From NCBI GenBank assembly GCA_017460845.1, contig JAFUAE010000108.1:15567-79566 (forward strand): 64,000 nt of DNA. The letters run 5' to 3'. This DNA comes from Lachnospiraceae bacterium. Its GTDB lineage: Bacteria > Bacillota > Clostridia > Lachnospirales > Lachnospiraceae. The notes under the pieces are model-generated. The model was not told the origin of the DNA. It was given only the letters and a program-made list of their open reading frames with translations, and searched no databases. Below are positions 37,028 through 45,063 of the stretch, piece after piece (position 1 is the first letter of the stretch; every line of letters starts with the position of its first letter). Both the position numbers and the translations under genes were made by a program.

Positions 37028-38053
37028 CTATGCTGCCGCGAGTCCTGTGCCGGCCTGGATGTCTTTGCGCGGGATCACCTCGGTATTATAATGCCCGGAC
37101 CGGGTGTAGTGGTCGATCAGGATCTCATTGCCTGAAAGTGTCAGTGTGGAAGCGCTCCAGTTCCCTTCGTCCTTTCCCAGAAATCCCGTCATCCCATAGG
37201 TGAACAGGATCTGCCTTCCTCCGGCGGCGCCCTGAACCGTAAGCGACGCCCCGGGTTTCAGAAAAGCGGCCTGTGCATCGGCAAAAGACCAGCCTGAATG
37301 ATTGTGCCCCCAGAAAAAGAAAAGATCATTTTTCTGTGCCGCCGCATTAAGCGCATCCAGCCAGACCGCTGCGCCTTTATTATCCTGGCGCCGGTCATGC
37401 AGGGGCATATGGCTTATGACAAGGATCGGTCTGCGGTCTTCATCCGGCAGGCTCTCAGCCCAGGCAGTGAAGACAGCAGCCGCTGCCGCGGCGCATGATT
37501 CATCCTTCATTTCATAATAATCGATCCCCCAGAGCCAGAAACAGCCGTTAAGGTCTACAGCGCCTGCTGTCCTCGCAGGGGACTCCTTTCCGCTGCAGCC
37601 TGCGCTGCATATAAAGGCATTCGGTCCGTCCGCCTTAACATTGCGGTCATGGTTGCCATAGGTATAATAGCAGTCAGAGCCGGCAGGATCGATCGAATGA
37701 AAGACTTCGGCAAATGCGGCATTGAACTCGCTGAGTCTGCCCTCATGTGTTTTTTTCACCAGATCTCCCGCATAGATCACTGCTGATACGGACCGGCCGT
37801 AATTGCTGTTTACATAATATTCCGCCTGTTCTGCAGCCTTGCGCAGATCTGCAGGATCCTCATGCAGGTCTGACCCGAGGAAGACCGAGCCTGCGCTTTC
37901 GTACGCAATTCCCGGGCCGGCCTGACCCGGAGCTGTTATGCTGCTGCCTCCCGGGCCTCCTGCTGCAAATACAGTGCCTGTGCAGTACAGGCAGAGTAAA
38001 AGAGCTGTGAGAAGTCTTACTACCGGTTGTCTTTTTAAAAATGTCATTTGCAT
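37028..38053 (-). CDS. Secreted calcineurin-like metallophosphoesterase
   Basis: 341 aa with a signal peptide. Metal-binding motifs are GSDLHED, AGDLV, GNHD and WGHNHSG. Confidence 0.75.
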   Translation of the reverse strand: MQMTFLKRQPVVRLLTALLLCLYCTGTVFAAGGPGGSSITAPGQAGPGIAYESAGSVFLGSDLHEDPADLRKAAEQAEYYVNSNYGRSVSAVIYAGDLVKKTHEGRLSEFNAAFAEVFHSIDPAGSDCYYTYGNHDRNVKADGPNAFICSAGCSGKESPARTAGAVDLNGCFWLWGIDYYEMKDESCAAAAAAVFTAWAESLPDEDRRPILVISHMPLHDRRQDNKGAAVWLDALNAAAQKNDLFFFWGHNHSGWSFADAQAAFLKPGASLTVQGAAGGRQILFTYGMTGFLGKDEGNWSASTLTLSGNEILIDHYTRSGHYNTEVIPRKDIQAGTGLAAA

Positions 38054-38116
38054 ACCCCCGCTGCCGGCTTTGATGATTGTCCTGCAGTTTTTATAGTATC
38101 ATATTTCTGTTCCTCT

Positions 38117-38560
38117 TTAATAATTACTTTCATCCAACTGCAGCGGCTTTCCCCCGTTTTCCAGAATTGTCAGCATTTCCCGTGGAGTTACCACGAATGG
38201 TTTCAAAGGGAAATGCTTCGTATTGCCGGTGACAAGATATGCATCGTCACCCTTTCTTGCCTCCATCGTGACAGCATAGAAAACCACATCTTTAGGATCC
38301 GGAAGATTCTCCTCGACCTTTGCGGGATCAAGAAAGACTCCTCTTTTTCGGATGCCTTCTGTCAGTGCCAGGATGTCCTGTTCCTGAAACGGGAACTTTT
38401 TCCGTCGCAATACTTCTTCATACTCATCCATGATCTCGTCGCTTAAAACAGGAACAATGCTTCCTACAAGGGCCTGTTCCAGGACGGCCCCGGGAACAGA
38501 ATCCCACCGGAGCAGCGCCGAAACCAAAACATTGGTGTCAATCACTGCATAAAGCTTCAT
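38117..38560 (-). CDS. PIN-domain toxin of a type II toxin-antitoxin pair
   Basis: 147 aa. The N-terminus MKLYAVIDTNVLVSALL is the PIN first acidic motif. Later acidic residues are present (DEIMDEYEEV and TGNTKHF). It overlaps the upstream antitoxin gene by 4 nt. Confidence 0.8.
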   Translation of the reverse strand: MKLYAVIDTNVLVSALLRWDSVPGAVLEQALVGSIVPVLSDEIMDEYEEVLRRKKFPFQEQDILALTEGIRKRGVFLDPAKVEENLPDPKDVVFYAVTMEARKGDDAYLVTGNTKHFPLKPFVVTPREMLTILENGGKPLQLDESNY

Positions 38561-38856
38561 CTGTTATTCCCGCTCCTTGCCGCTGCAATCTCTGCGTTGA
38601 TTTCCTCTAATGTCATATCTGAAACCCCGGCCTTTTCAGCATCCCTGCTCATCCGTTTCATGGCAGCAATCGCCGCGGTTGCTTTGTAATCCTCGTCCGG
38701 AAGAAGCATACTGAAAGGAATTCCGCGGACCTGCACCGAACGTGTCAGGAACATGCGGATCGCGGTAGGCAGATCCAAACCGAGCTGTGCGTAAATATCA
38801 GCGGCCTCCTGCCGCAGCGTATCATCTATCCGAAGCTGAAGTAATCCATTTGCCAT
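38557..38856 (-). CDS. RelB/DinJ-family antitoxin
   Basis: 99 aa from the ATG at 38856 (RBS GGAGGC). MANGLLQLRIDDTLRQEAADIYAQLGLDLPTAIRMFLTRSV is the ribbon-helix-helix DinJ/RelB signature. The longer track ORF (to 39015) has no RBS support. Confidence 0.8.
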   Translation of the reverse strand: MANGLLQLRIDDTLRQEAADIYAQLGLDLPTAIRMFLTRSVQVRGIPFSMLLPDEDYKATAAIAAMKRMSRDAEKAGVSDMTLEEINAEIAAARSGNNR

Positions 38857-38945
38857 AGTAATGCCTCCAATAACTGCATTTGTTTGTAATGCAAGTGTAA
38901 TATAATGTTGCAATAAAATCAAGTGCATCATAAATTCATGCAATT

Positions 38946-38977
38946 GAAATAAAAAGGCCGTTCCAAAGAACGGTCCT
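38946..38977 (-). terminator. Rho-independent terminator upstream of the toxin-antitoxin promoter region
   Basis: Hairpin AGGCCGTTC (38955-38963) with GAACGGTCCT (38968-38977, one bulge). On the minus strand it is followed by TTTTTATTTC. Confidence 0.5.
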
Positions 38978-39169
38978 TTTCTACCAGCTATCTTACCTAT
39001 TGTTATCGTGCACACCCGTTTTCCACTTTTTGTGCGATTTTTACTTCCATTCCGTAAATGTCGGAAAATAGATATTTTCCGCCGCTTCCCGCGGCTGCTC
39101 TCTAAAACCGGCTTCCAAAATGCCTGTCAGATAAGGATTTCCGAAAAGATAAAATTCTAGTTTTATCGG

Positions 39170-39203
39170 ACACAAAAGGAGCCCCGGCTTTTGCCAAGGC
39201 TCC
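39170..39203 (-). terminator. Terminator-like hairpin downstream of the hydrogenase operon and its repeat element
   Basis: GGAGCC (39178-39183) pairs with GGCTCC (39198-39203). On the minus strand it is followed by TTTTGTG. Confidence 0.45.
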
Positions 39204-39220
39204 TCGAATGGAAATTGAAT

Positions 39221-39400
39221 GATTAAGCCCTGTCGCAAAGCGTACACAGACTGAAGGCTTGCCTTCATGGATGGGTGCGCTTTCGCGACGCAAACATGCA
39301 TGAGCAAAAAAGCTCGGCGACTTCAGGAGCAGAGCGATTTGCGAATGCATGCAGGATTGCGGAAGCTTCGAAGAAGCGAAGCAATCCGTTGGGCTTAATC
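39221..39400 (+). repeat. 180-bp copy of the repeat family (G) with 10-bp terminal inverted repeats and three internal hairpins
   Basis: Terminal inverted repeats are GATTAAGCCC (39221-39230) and GGGCTTAATC (39391-39400). Hairpin 1 is TCGCAAAGCG...GCGCTTTCGCGA. Hairpin 2 is CATGCAT-GAGCAAAAAA...GATTTGCGA-ATGCATG (39295-39351), equivalent to stem I of A1. Hairpin 3 is GGATTGC-GGAAGCTTCGAAGAAGCGAAGC-AATCC. Confidence 0.85.
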
Positions 39401-39429
39401 AAGCCTGAAATTCCGTTAGCTGCGGATCA

Positions 39430-41157
39430 TTAATTTTTCCTCTCCACCTTATGCTCCACATGAAGCAAATGATGTGACTTCTCGCCAAGCGGCTTCTTCA
39501 GGTAGGTATGATAGAGTTCCTGGATCTCCGGATTCTCATGCGAATACCTGATCTCACACTTCTTATCCAGATCCCAGAGCATTGCGCCTCTGTCGGCAGC
39601 GCGCTCCTGGCCTTCATGGATCGGCTGTCCGCCGCCGCCCGCGCATCCGCCCGGACAGGCCATGACTTCGACGAAATCATAATCGACCTCACCGTTATCG
39701 ATCGCCTCCATCAGTTCTCTGGTATTTGACAGGCCGCTGACGACCGCAACCTTCACATCTCCTGCTTTCGGAATGCTGAAGACCGCTTCCTTCCAGGGCT
39801 TATTGACCCTGACCGCCGCAAATGCATCCGGATCCGGGTTATTGCCGGTCACGAGATAATAAGCGCTTCGCAGAGCCGCATCCATAACGCCGCCGGTCGC
39901 GCCGAAGATCACAGCCGCGCCGGTACTGCTGCCAAGCGGCGAATCAAACGGCATCTCTCCAAGCTCGCTCGGTACAATGCAGTCGCTCCGGAACAGACGG
40001 CAGAGCTCTCTGGTCGTAAGAACCACATCCACATCCGGATCGCCGCATGCCGAATCCATGCCCGGCAGCTCGCGCTCCGCCTTCTTTGCGGAACATGGCA
40101 TAACGGATACTACAAACATCTTGTGCGGATCAATGCCCATCTTCTCCGCAAAATAGGTCTTCGCGATCGGACCGAACATCTGCTGCGGAGACTTTGCCGT
40201 AGACAGGCAGTCCACATAAGACGGGTACTGGGATTTGATAAAGCTCACCCACCCCGGACAGCAGCTGGTAAACATCGGCCAGCGGTATTTGCCCTTATGC
40301 GTAAATCTGTGCACAAACTCGCTGCCTTCCTCCATGATAGTCAGGTCAGCCGTGAAGTTGGTATCAAAGACATAATCAAAGCCGAGGCTCTTCAGGCCTG
40401 CCACCATCCTGCCTGCAGTTGCGTAGCGCTTGCTGAGTCCGAAGCTTTCCGCCCAGGCGACCCTGACCGCGGGCGCGATCTGTACGACGGTCGTGATTTC
40501 CGGATCTGCCAATGCATACAGCACCTTGACTGTGTCATCACGGACAGTCAGCGCACCGGTCGGGCAATGCGTCACGCACTGTCCGCAGAAGGTGCAGTCG
40601 GTGTCCTTGAGTCTCCTGCTGTAGCTGACGTCGATCGTCGTACGGGAACCGGTTCCTGCCAGATCCCAGATATGCATGCCCTGGATCTTATCGCAGACCT
40701 GGATGCATCGCATGCACTTAATGCACTTGCTGGCCTCGCGGACGATCGGAACGCTTAAGTCGATCTTGGATTTCTCGGGCTTCACGTTATACGGCTGATA
40801 GTGGATATTCAGGTCGTATGACAGTTTCTGAAGCTCGCAGTTATTACTCCTGACACAGGTCGTGCAGGTGGAATTGTGCTGGGAAAGGATCAGACGCAGA
40901 TTGGTCTTTCTCGCCAGACGCACACCCGGTGAATTGGTCCGGATCACCATGCCTTCCGCCACTTCCGTATTGCAGGCCGGCTGATAACGCTCCGTGCCTT
41001 CGACCTCCACGATACACATCCTGCAGGCTGCGATTTCATTGATATCCTTCAGATAGCAGAGATGCGGGATCGGGATATTGTTCTTTTCAGCGGCTTCCAG
41101 AATGGTCGTGCCTTCGGGAGCCCGCAGCTGTTTTCCGTTAATTGTAAAGCTTACCAT
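39430..41157 (-). CDS. [FeFe]-hydrogenase catalytic subunit (group A architecture: 2Fe-2S plus 4Fe-4S clusters plus H-cluster domain)
   Basis: 575 aa. The N-terminal ferredoxin fold is FTINGKQLRAPEGTTILEAAEKNNIPIPHLCY...CRMCIVEV. H-cluster motifs are FTSCCPGW, VMPCSAKKAE and VEVMACPGGCAGGGGQP. The start overlaps the upstream gene by 7 nt. Confidence 0.92.
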   Translation of the reverse strand: MVSFTINGKQLRAPEGTTILEAAEKNNIPIPHLCYLKDINEIAACRMCIVEVEGTERYQPACNTEVAEGMVIRTNSPGVRLARKTNLRLILSQHNSTCTTCVRSNNCELQKLSYDLNIHYQPYNVKPEKSKIDLSVPIVREASKCIKCMRCIQVCDKIQGMHIWDLAGTGSRTTIDVSYSRRLKDTDCTFCGQCVTHCPTGALTVRDDTVKVLYALADPEITTVVQIAPAVRVAWAESFGLSKRYATAGRMVAGLKSLGFDYVFDTNFTADLTIMEEGSEFVHRFTHKGKYRWPMFTSCCPGWVSFIKSQYPSYVDCLSTAKSPQQMFGPIAKTYFAEKMGIDPHKMFVVSVMPCSAKKAERELPGMDSACGDPDVDVVLTTRELCRLFRSDCIVPSELGEMPFDSPLGSSTGAAVIFGATGGVMDAALRSAYYLVTGNNPDPDAFAAVRVNKPWKEAVFSIPKAGDVKVAVVSGLSNTRELMEAIDNGEVDYDFVEVMACPGGCAGGGGQPIHEGQERAADRGAMLWDLDKKCEIRYSHENPEIQELYHTYLKKPLGEKSHHLLHVEHKVERKN

Positions 41158-42992
41158 TTCTCAACACGTCCTCCCCTGAAATTACCGAATCCGAAGTGAT
41201 CGCAGCGCAGGCATCTTCCCGATTCCTTAAATGCCTCTTCATCCGTATATCCGCATTCGATACACTCAAAGTCACCTTTTCGTTCCATTGCGTCTCTTTC
41301 GGAAATGTTAATGCGTCCTCTTGCTCTCAGATCCTTAAATACCGGTGCCGGAAGCTGAACGTCCGTCGTGATCTCATGATGGAATCCGAGATATTCGTCA
41401 ATGTTAGCTGCAGCAGCCTTGCCTGCAGCGATCGCACGGATGACCGTTGCGGGGCCCGTCACGCAGTCGCCGCCTGCAAATACGCCTTCCAGATACGGAA
41501 GCTGTGTATTGGACTCTGCCAGGAATGCGCCGCCCCGCTGGATCTTGACGCCGCCCTGCTCAAAGCTTGCGGAATGTATGCCCTGGCCGACCGCGATAAT
41601 AATGATATCTGCGGGGATACGGCGTTCCGGGACATCTGCCACATCAGGCTTCGGCCGGCCTGTGGTCCTGTCGATCTCACCGATGATCTGCGGCTGTGTC
41701 CAGAGTGCGACCGCCCGGCCTTCTTCATTTGTTTCGATCCGTACGGGCGCTTCAAGTGAGCTGACCTCCGCACCTTCTGCGATCGCGCCTTCTACTTCCT
41801 CTGCCAGTGCCGTCATATCCTCCTGTCTTCTGCGGTAGACGCAGGTGACCTTGGACGCGCCGAGACGGATCGCGCTGCGGGTCACGTCCATTGCAACATT
41901 GCCGCCGCCGATGACCACGATCTGTTTGCCGGAAAAATCGATCGGCTCATCGTCTCCGATACTTCTGAGCATTTCTACGGCGGAGATAACGCCCTCCGCG
42001 TCTTCTCCTTCAATACCGGTCTTTTTATCGGTCTGCGCGCCGATGGAAAGATACAGACAGTCATAGCTGCGCTTGAGTTCATCGAAGGTCACATCCGTAC
42101 CGATGTTGACATTTGTATGGACCTCAATGCCGAGCGACAGAATGGACTCGATCTCTTCGTCAAGCACCGTGCGTGGCAGCCGGTAGTTCGGAATGCCGTA
42201 GCGCATCATGCCGCCGAGCTTTTTATGTCTTTCGAAAACGGTGACCTTGTGTCCCATCAGTGTCAGGAAATATGCTGCCGACAGTCCGCCGGGGCCTCCT
42301 CCGACGACCGCAATGCTGCGTCCCGTGGGCTTCGCGCACTTCGGCTGCGGAACATTGCCCGCATGATCTACCGCATATTTCTTCAGTCCCCTGATGTTCA
42401 GCGGATCATCTACCATGTTTCTGCGGCATCTCGCCTCGCACGGATGCTCGCAGATATAAGCGCAGGCTGACGGGAACGGATTGTCCTTTCGGATCAGGCG
42501 CACTGCATCCGCGCACCTGCCCTCATGCACAAGCGCGATATATCCGGGAATGTCGACTCCCGCGGGACAGAGCGCCACGCAGGGAACGGGGTTCTTCAGG
42601 CTGCCGAGACACCTGTGATGGTAGACATGCTCCTCATAGTCATCCTTAAAGCCCTTCAGGCCCATCAGTACAAGCTGGGCCGCGTCAATACCGATCGCGC
42701 AGTCAGCGGTATTGACAATGACCTGGGCAGTTTCCTCGATTCTTACAAGAATAGAAGGATCCGGCTCTCCTTCCAGGATCTCCTGCAGCATTTCATTAAG
42801 CTGTTCGAGACCGATCCTGCACGGCACACATTTTCCGCAGGTCTGGGCCTGACACATGCTTAGGAAATTCAGTGCCATATCAACCGGGCACAGACCAGGC
42901 GGGCTGGCCGCGATGCGATGCTCCATGTTGCGGTACATCTGGTCAACGATCGCCTGGGCTTTACTTGGTGTTTTTACATTCAAACGACTCAT
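41151..42992 (-). CDS. NuoF-type 4Fe-4S domain fused to a GltD-like (glutamate synthase small-subunit-like) NAD(P)H-dependent FAD oxidoreductase; hydrogenase partner subunit
   Basis: 613 aa. Contains CGKCVPCRIGLEQL (NuoF C-terminal cluster motif), CVALCPAGVDIPGYI...CEHPCEARCRR (GltD N-terminal clusters), IAVVGGGPGGLSAAYFL (FAD site), VVVIGGGNVAMDVTRSA (NAD(P)H site) and a C-terminal Cys pair CIECG...CLRCD. Confidence 0.85.
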   Translation of the reverse strand: MSRLNVKTPSKAQAIVDQMYRNMEHRIAASPPGLCPVDMALNFLSMCQAQTCGKCVPCRIGLEQLNEMLQEILEGEPDPSILVRIEETAQVIVNTADCAIGIDAAQLVLMGLKGFKDDYEEHVYHHRCLGSLKNPVPCVALCPAGVDIPGYIALVHEGRCADAVRLIRKDNPFPSACAYICEHPCEARCRRNMVDDPLNIRGLKKYAVDHAGNVPQPKCAKPTGRSIAVVGGGPGGLSAAYFLTLMGHKVTVFERHKKLGGMMRYGIPNYRLPRTVLDEEIESILSLGIEVHTNVNIGTDVTFDELKRSYDCLYLSIGAQTDKKTGIEGEDAEGVISAVEMLRSIGDDEPIDFSGKQIVVIGGGNVAMDVTRSAIRLGASKVTCVYRRRQEDMTALAEEVEGAIAEGAEVSSLEAPVRIETNEEGRAVALWTQPQIIGEIDRTTGRPKPDVADVPERRIPADIIIIAVGQGIHSASFEQGGVKIQRGGAFLAESNTQLPYLEGVFAGGDCVTGPATVIRAIAAGKAAAANIDEYLGFHHEITTDVQLPAPVFKDLRARGRINISERDAMERKGDFECIECGYTDEEAFKESGRCLRCDHFGFGNFRGGRVEKW

Positions 42993-43082
42993 ATGATCAC
43001 CCCTTGCACGCTACAAAGCTATTACTGAACAGTTATGAATTACAACAACACTGCCGGCTCTCGCCTTCCGGCAAATATAGTT

Positions 43083-43112
43083 TTGATAATATCGAGATAT
43101 ATTAAATATAAA
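43083..43112 (+). promoter_or_regulatory. SigA-type promoter candidate for the group-B-like hydrogenase unit
   Basis: TTGATA (43083-43088), then an 18-nt spacer, then TATAAA (43107-43112) in an A/T-rich tract. This would give a leader of about 320 nt. Confidence 0.3.
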
Positions 43113-43235
43113 ATGATTTTTGTGCAAAAACAATAAATGTCTATGATTTAACAGACTATTTTTTAGTGATTTTTGTTAGTGCTGGCTAACTTTTGATTTT
43201 GCGGCATCACGGGGGACCGGCCGGATGCGTTACTT

Positions 43236-43320
43236 TCACTATAGAATGCAGCGAGTTGTAACGAGCGCTCATTCCATGTGTGCGTTAGCTCATGTATGCG
43301 TCGCGCCAAAGAGGTTGGCA
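43236..43320 (-). repeat. Partial copy of the repeat family (H), reverse orientation, inside the hydrogenase leader
   Basis: The reverse complement of 43262-43320 reads CCAACCTCTTTGGCGCGACGCATACATGAGCTAACGCACACATGGAATGAGCGCTC. It matches GCGCTTTCGCGACGCAAACATGCATGAGCAAAA of copy G and ACGCATACATGA of copy C. GCGAGTTGTAACGAGCGCTCAT resembles GCGAGTTGCGAATACTTGT. Confidence 0.55.
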
Positions 43321-43437
43321 TGGAGTTTAGGTGGAAAGTATCTGGAGTTAATGATAGAATAAATCCAGAATACAACGGCCGGAAAGCGTCATGGAAATGG
43401 TGCTTTCCGCCTGTCAGAAAAGGAAAAGGGGTAATCA

Positions 43438-45009
43438 ATGCGAGGAATACACACCAATGTCGTGGACGCCAGAAAGGACGTCTACAAGGAAATAGCCAGA
43501 CTTTCATATGAATATGATGACAAAGATCCGGATAACATAAAGCGCCGTCTGGAACAGATCCCCTATGAGATCATTCCGGGAGAGGTCTCCAACTACAGGG
43601 CCGACGTTTTCCTTGACAGAGCGATCGTCAGGGAGCGTATGCGTCTTGCAATGGGACTGCCTTTAAGATCGGCCAATGAAATGGGCGCCGTCTCACAGGG
43701 CGTGGAAGAAGCGCTCAAACCGGAGAAGTATTACCAGCCGCCGCTGATCGACGTTATCAAATTCGCCTGTCACGCCTGTCCGGACAATGTAGTCCATGTG
43801 ACGGAGCTCTGCCAGGGCTGTCTTGCAAGATCCTGCCAGGCTGTGTGCCCGAAGGATGCTGTCAAATTCGACAACAGGGAGCGGAAGTCCTACATTGACC
43901 AGGATGCATGCATCAAGTGCGGCAGATGCATAGAGGCCTGTTCCTATCACGCGATCGTCAGGCAGGTCCGTCCGTGTGCGGATGCCTGCGGTATGAAGGC
44001 CATCGGCTCCGATGAGTACGGCAGAGCCGAAATTGATCAGAAGAAGTGCGTTTCCTGCGGCATGTGCCTGGCAAACTGCCCCTTCGGCGCAATTTCCGAC
44101 AAGGCGCAGATCTTCCAGGTCATTCAGGCCATCAAGAGCGGCGTGCCGGTCTATGCGGCGCTCGCACCGGCAGTTACCGGACAGTACGGCAATGACATGC
44201 CGACCAATAAGATTCGTTCCGCCTTCAAGGCCCTGGGCTTTGAGGATGCCGTAGAGGTCGCGATCGGCGCGGATCTCTGCACGATCATGGAGGCCAAGGA
44301 CTTTATGGAAGAGGTTCCTGAGAAGCTGCCCTTTATGGCGACCTCCTGCTGCCCTGCCTGGTCCGTCATGGCCAAAAAGCTTTTCCCGGAGCAGGCAAAG
44401 TGCATTTCCATGGCGCTGACCCCGATGGTACTGACCGGGCGGCTGATCAAGAAAACGCATCCCGGCTGCAGGGTCGCCTTCATCGGACCTTGTTCCGCCA
44501 AGAAGCTTGAGGCCAGCCGTCACTCCATCCGGAGCGATGTCGATTTTGTCCTGACCTTTGAAGAAGTCATGGGCATGTTTGAAGCGAAAAATATCGATTT
44601 TAAAGAACTGCCCGAAATGGACGTCATGCATGGCGCCAGCGGAGACGGACGCGGATTTGCCATCAGCGGAGGCGTTGCCAATGCTGTTGTCAATTATATT
44701 AAAGAAGTATATCCGGACAAAGAGGTCAATGTCGCAAGCGCCGAAGGCCTCGAGGAATGCCGCAAGCTGCTGACCGCAGCCAAAGCCGGCAAATACAACG
44801 GCTATCTGCTCGAGGGCATGGCCTGTCCGGGCGGCTGCATTGCCGGCGTGGGCACCATCCAGCCGATCGCCAAATCGAGAGCAGCCAATCTTGCCCAGCA
44901 AAAGCGTGCTACCAACGCTCACTCCAACACAAACAGATACCAGGATCTCCTAGCCTCTCTGGAAGAACGCGATCTTGCAGCACCTGCGGAAGTTGAAGCA
45001 GAGAGTTAA
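43438..45009 (+). CDS. Monomeric [FeFe]-hydrogenase, group-B-like
   Basis: 523 aa. An N-terminal domain of about 100 aa is followed by two ferredoxin-type CxxCxxCxxxCP motifs (CQGCLARSCQAVCP, CIKCGRCIEAC, CVSCGMCLANCP). H-cluster motifs are variant: TSCCPAW, IGPCSAKKLE and EGMACPGGCIAGVG. Confidence 0.85.
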   Translation: MRGIHTNVVDARKDVYKEIARLSYEYDDKDPDNIKRRLEQIPYEIIPGEVSNYRADVFLDRAIVRERMRLAMGLPLRSANEMGAVSQGVEEALKPEKYYQPPLIDVIKFACHACPDNVVHVTELCQGCLARSCQAVCPKDAVKFDNRERKSYIDQDACIKCGRCIEACSYHAIVRQVRPCADACGMKAIGSDEYGRAEIDQKKCVSCGMCLANCPFGAISDKAQIFQVIQAIKSGVPVYAALAPAVTGQYGNDMPTNKIRSAFKALGFEDAVEVAIGADLCTIMEAKDFMEEVPEKLPFMATSCCPAWSVMAKKLFPEQAKCISMALTPMVLTGRLIKKTHPGCRVAFIGPCSAKKLEASRHSIRSDVDFVLTFEEVMGMFEAKNIDFKELPEMDVMHGASGDGRGFAISGGVANAVVNYIKEVYPDKEVNVASAEGLEECRKLLTAAKAGKYNGYLLEGMACPGGCIAGVGTIQPIAKSRAANLAQQKRATNAHSNTNRYQDLLASLEERDLAAPAEVEAES

Positions 45010-45063
45010 TAAAGATATGGTATTGAGGACAAAGAGTCCGTATCTTTCAAAGGAGGGATCGTT

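Noticed and set aside
39041-39350. Track ORFs 39041-39307 and 39102-39350 (-) downstream of the hydrogenase
   Set aside because: They start inside repeat copy G, cross a terminator hairpin, and have no RBS and no recognisable domain.
43693-44922. 409-aa ORF antisense to the group-B hydrogenase. Similar long antisense ORFs occur at 10382-11215, 11812-12741, 19982-20998, 28012-28572, 30689-31552, 32587-33408, 33853-34416, 54471-55454 and 62033-63064.
   Set aside because: These are shadow ORFs on the strand opposite to genes with clear family motifs. Their composition is Arg/Gly/His-rich and typical of antisense frames in GC-rich coding DNA, and they lack RBS support.
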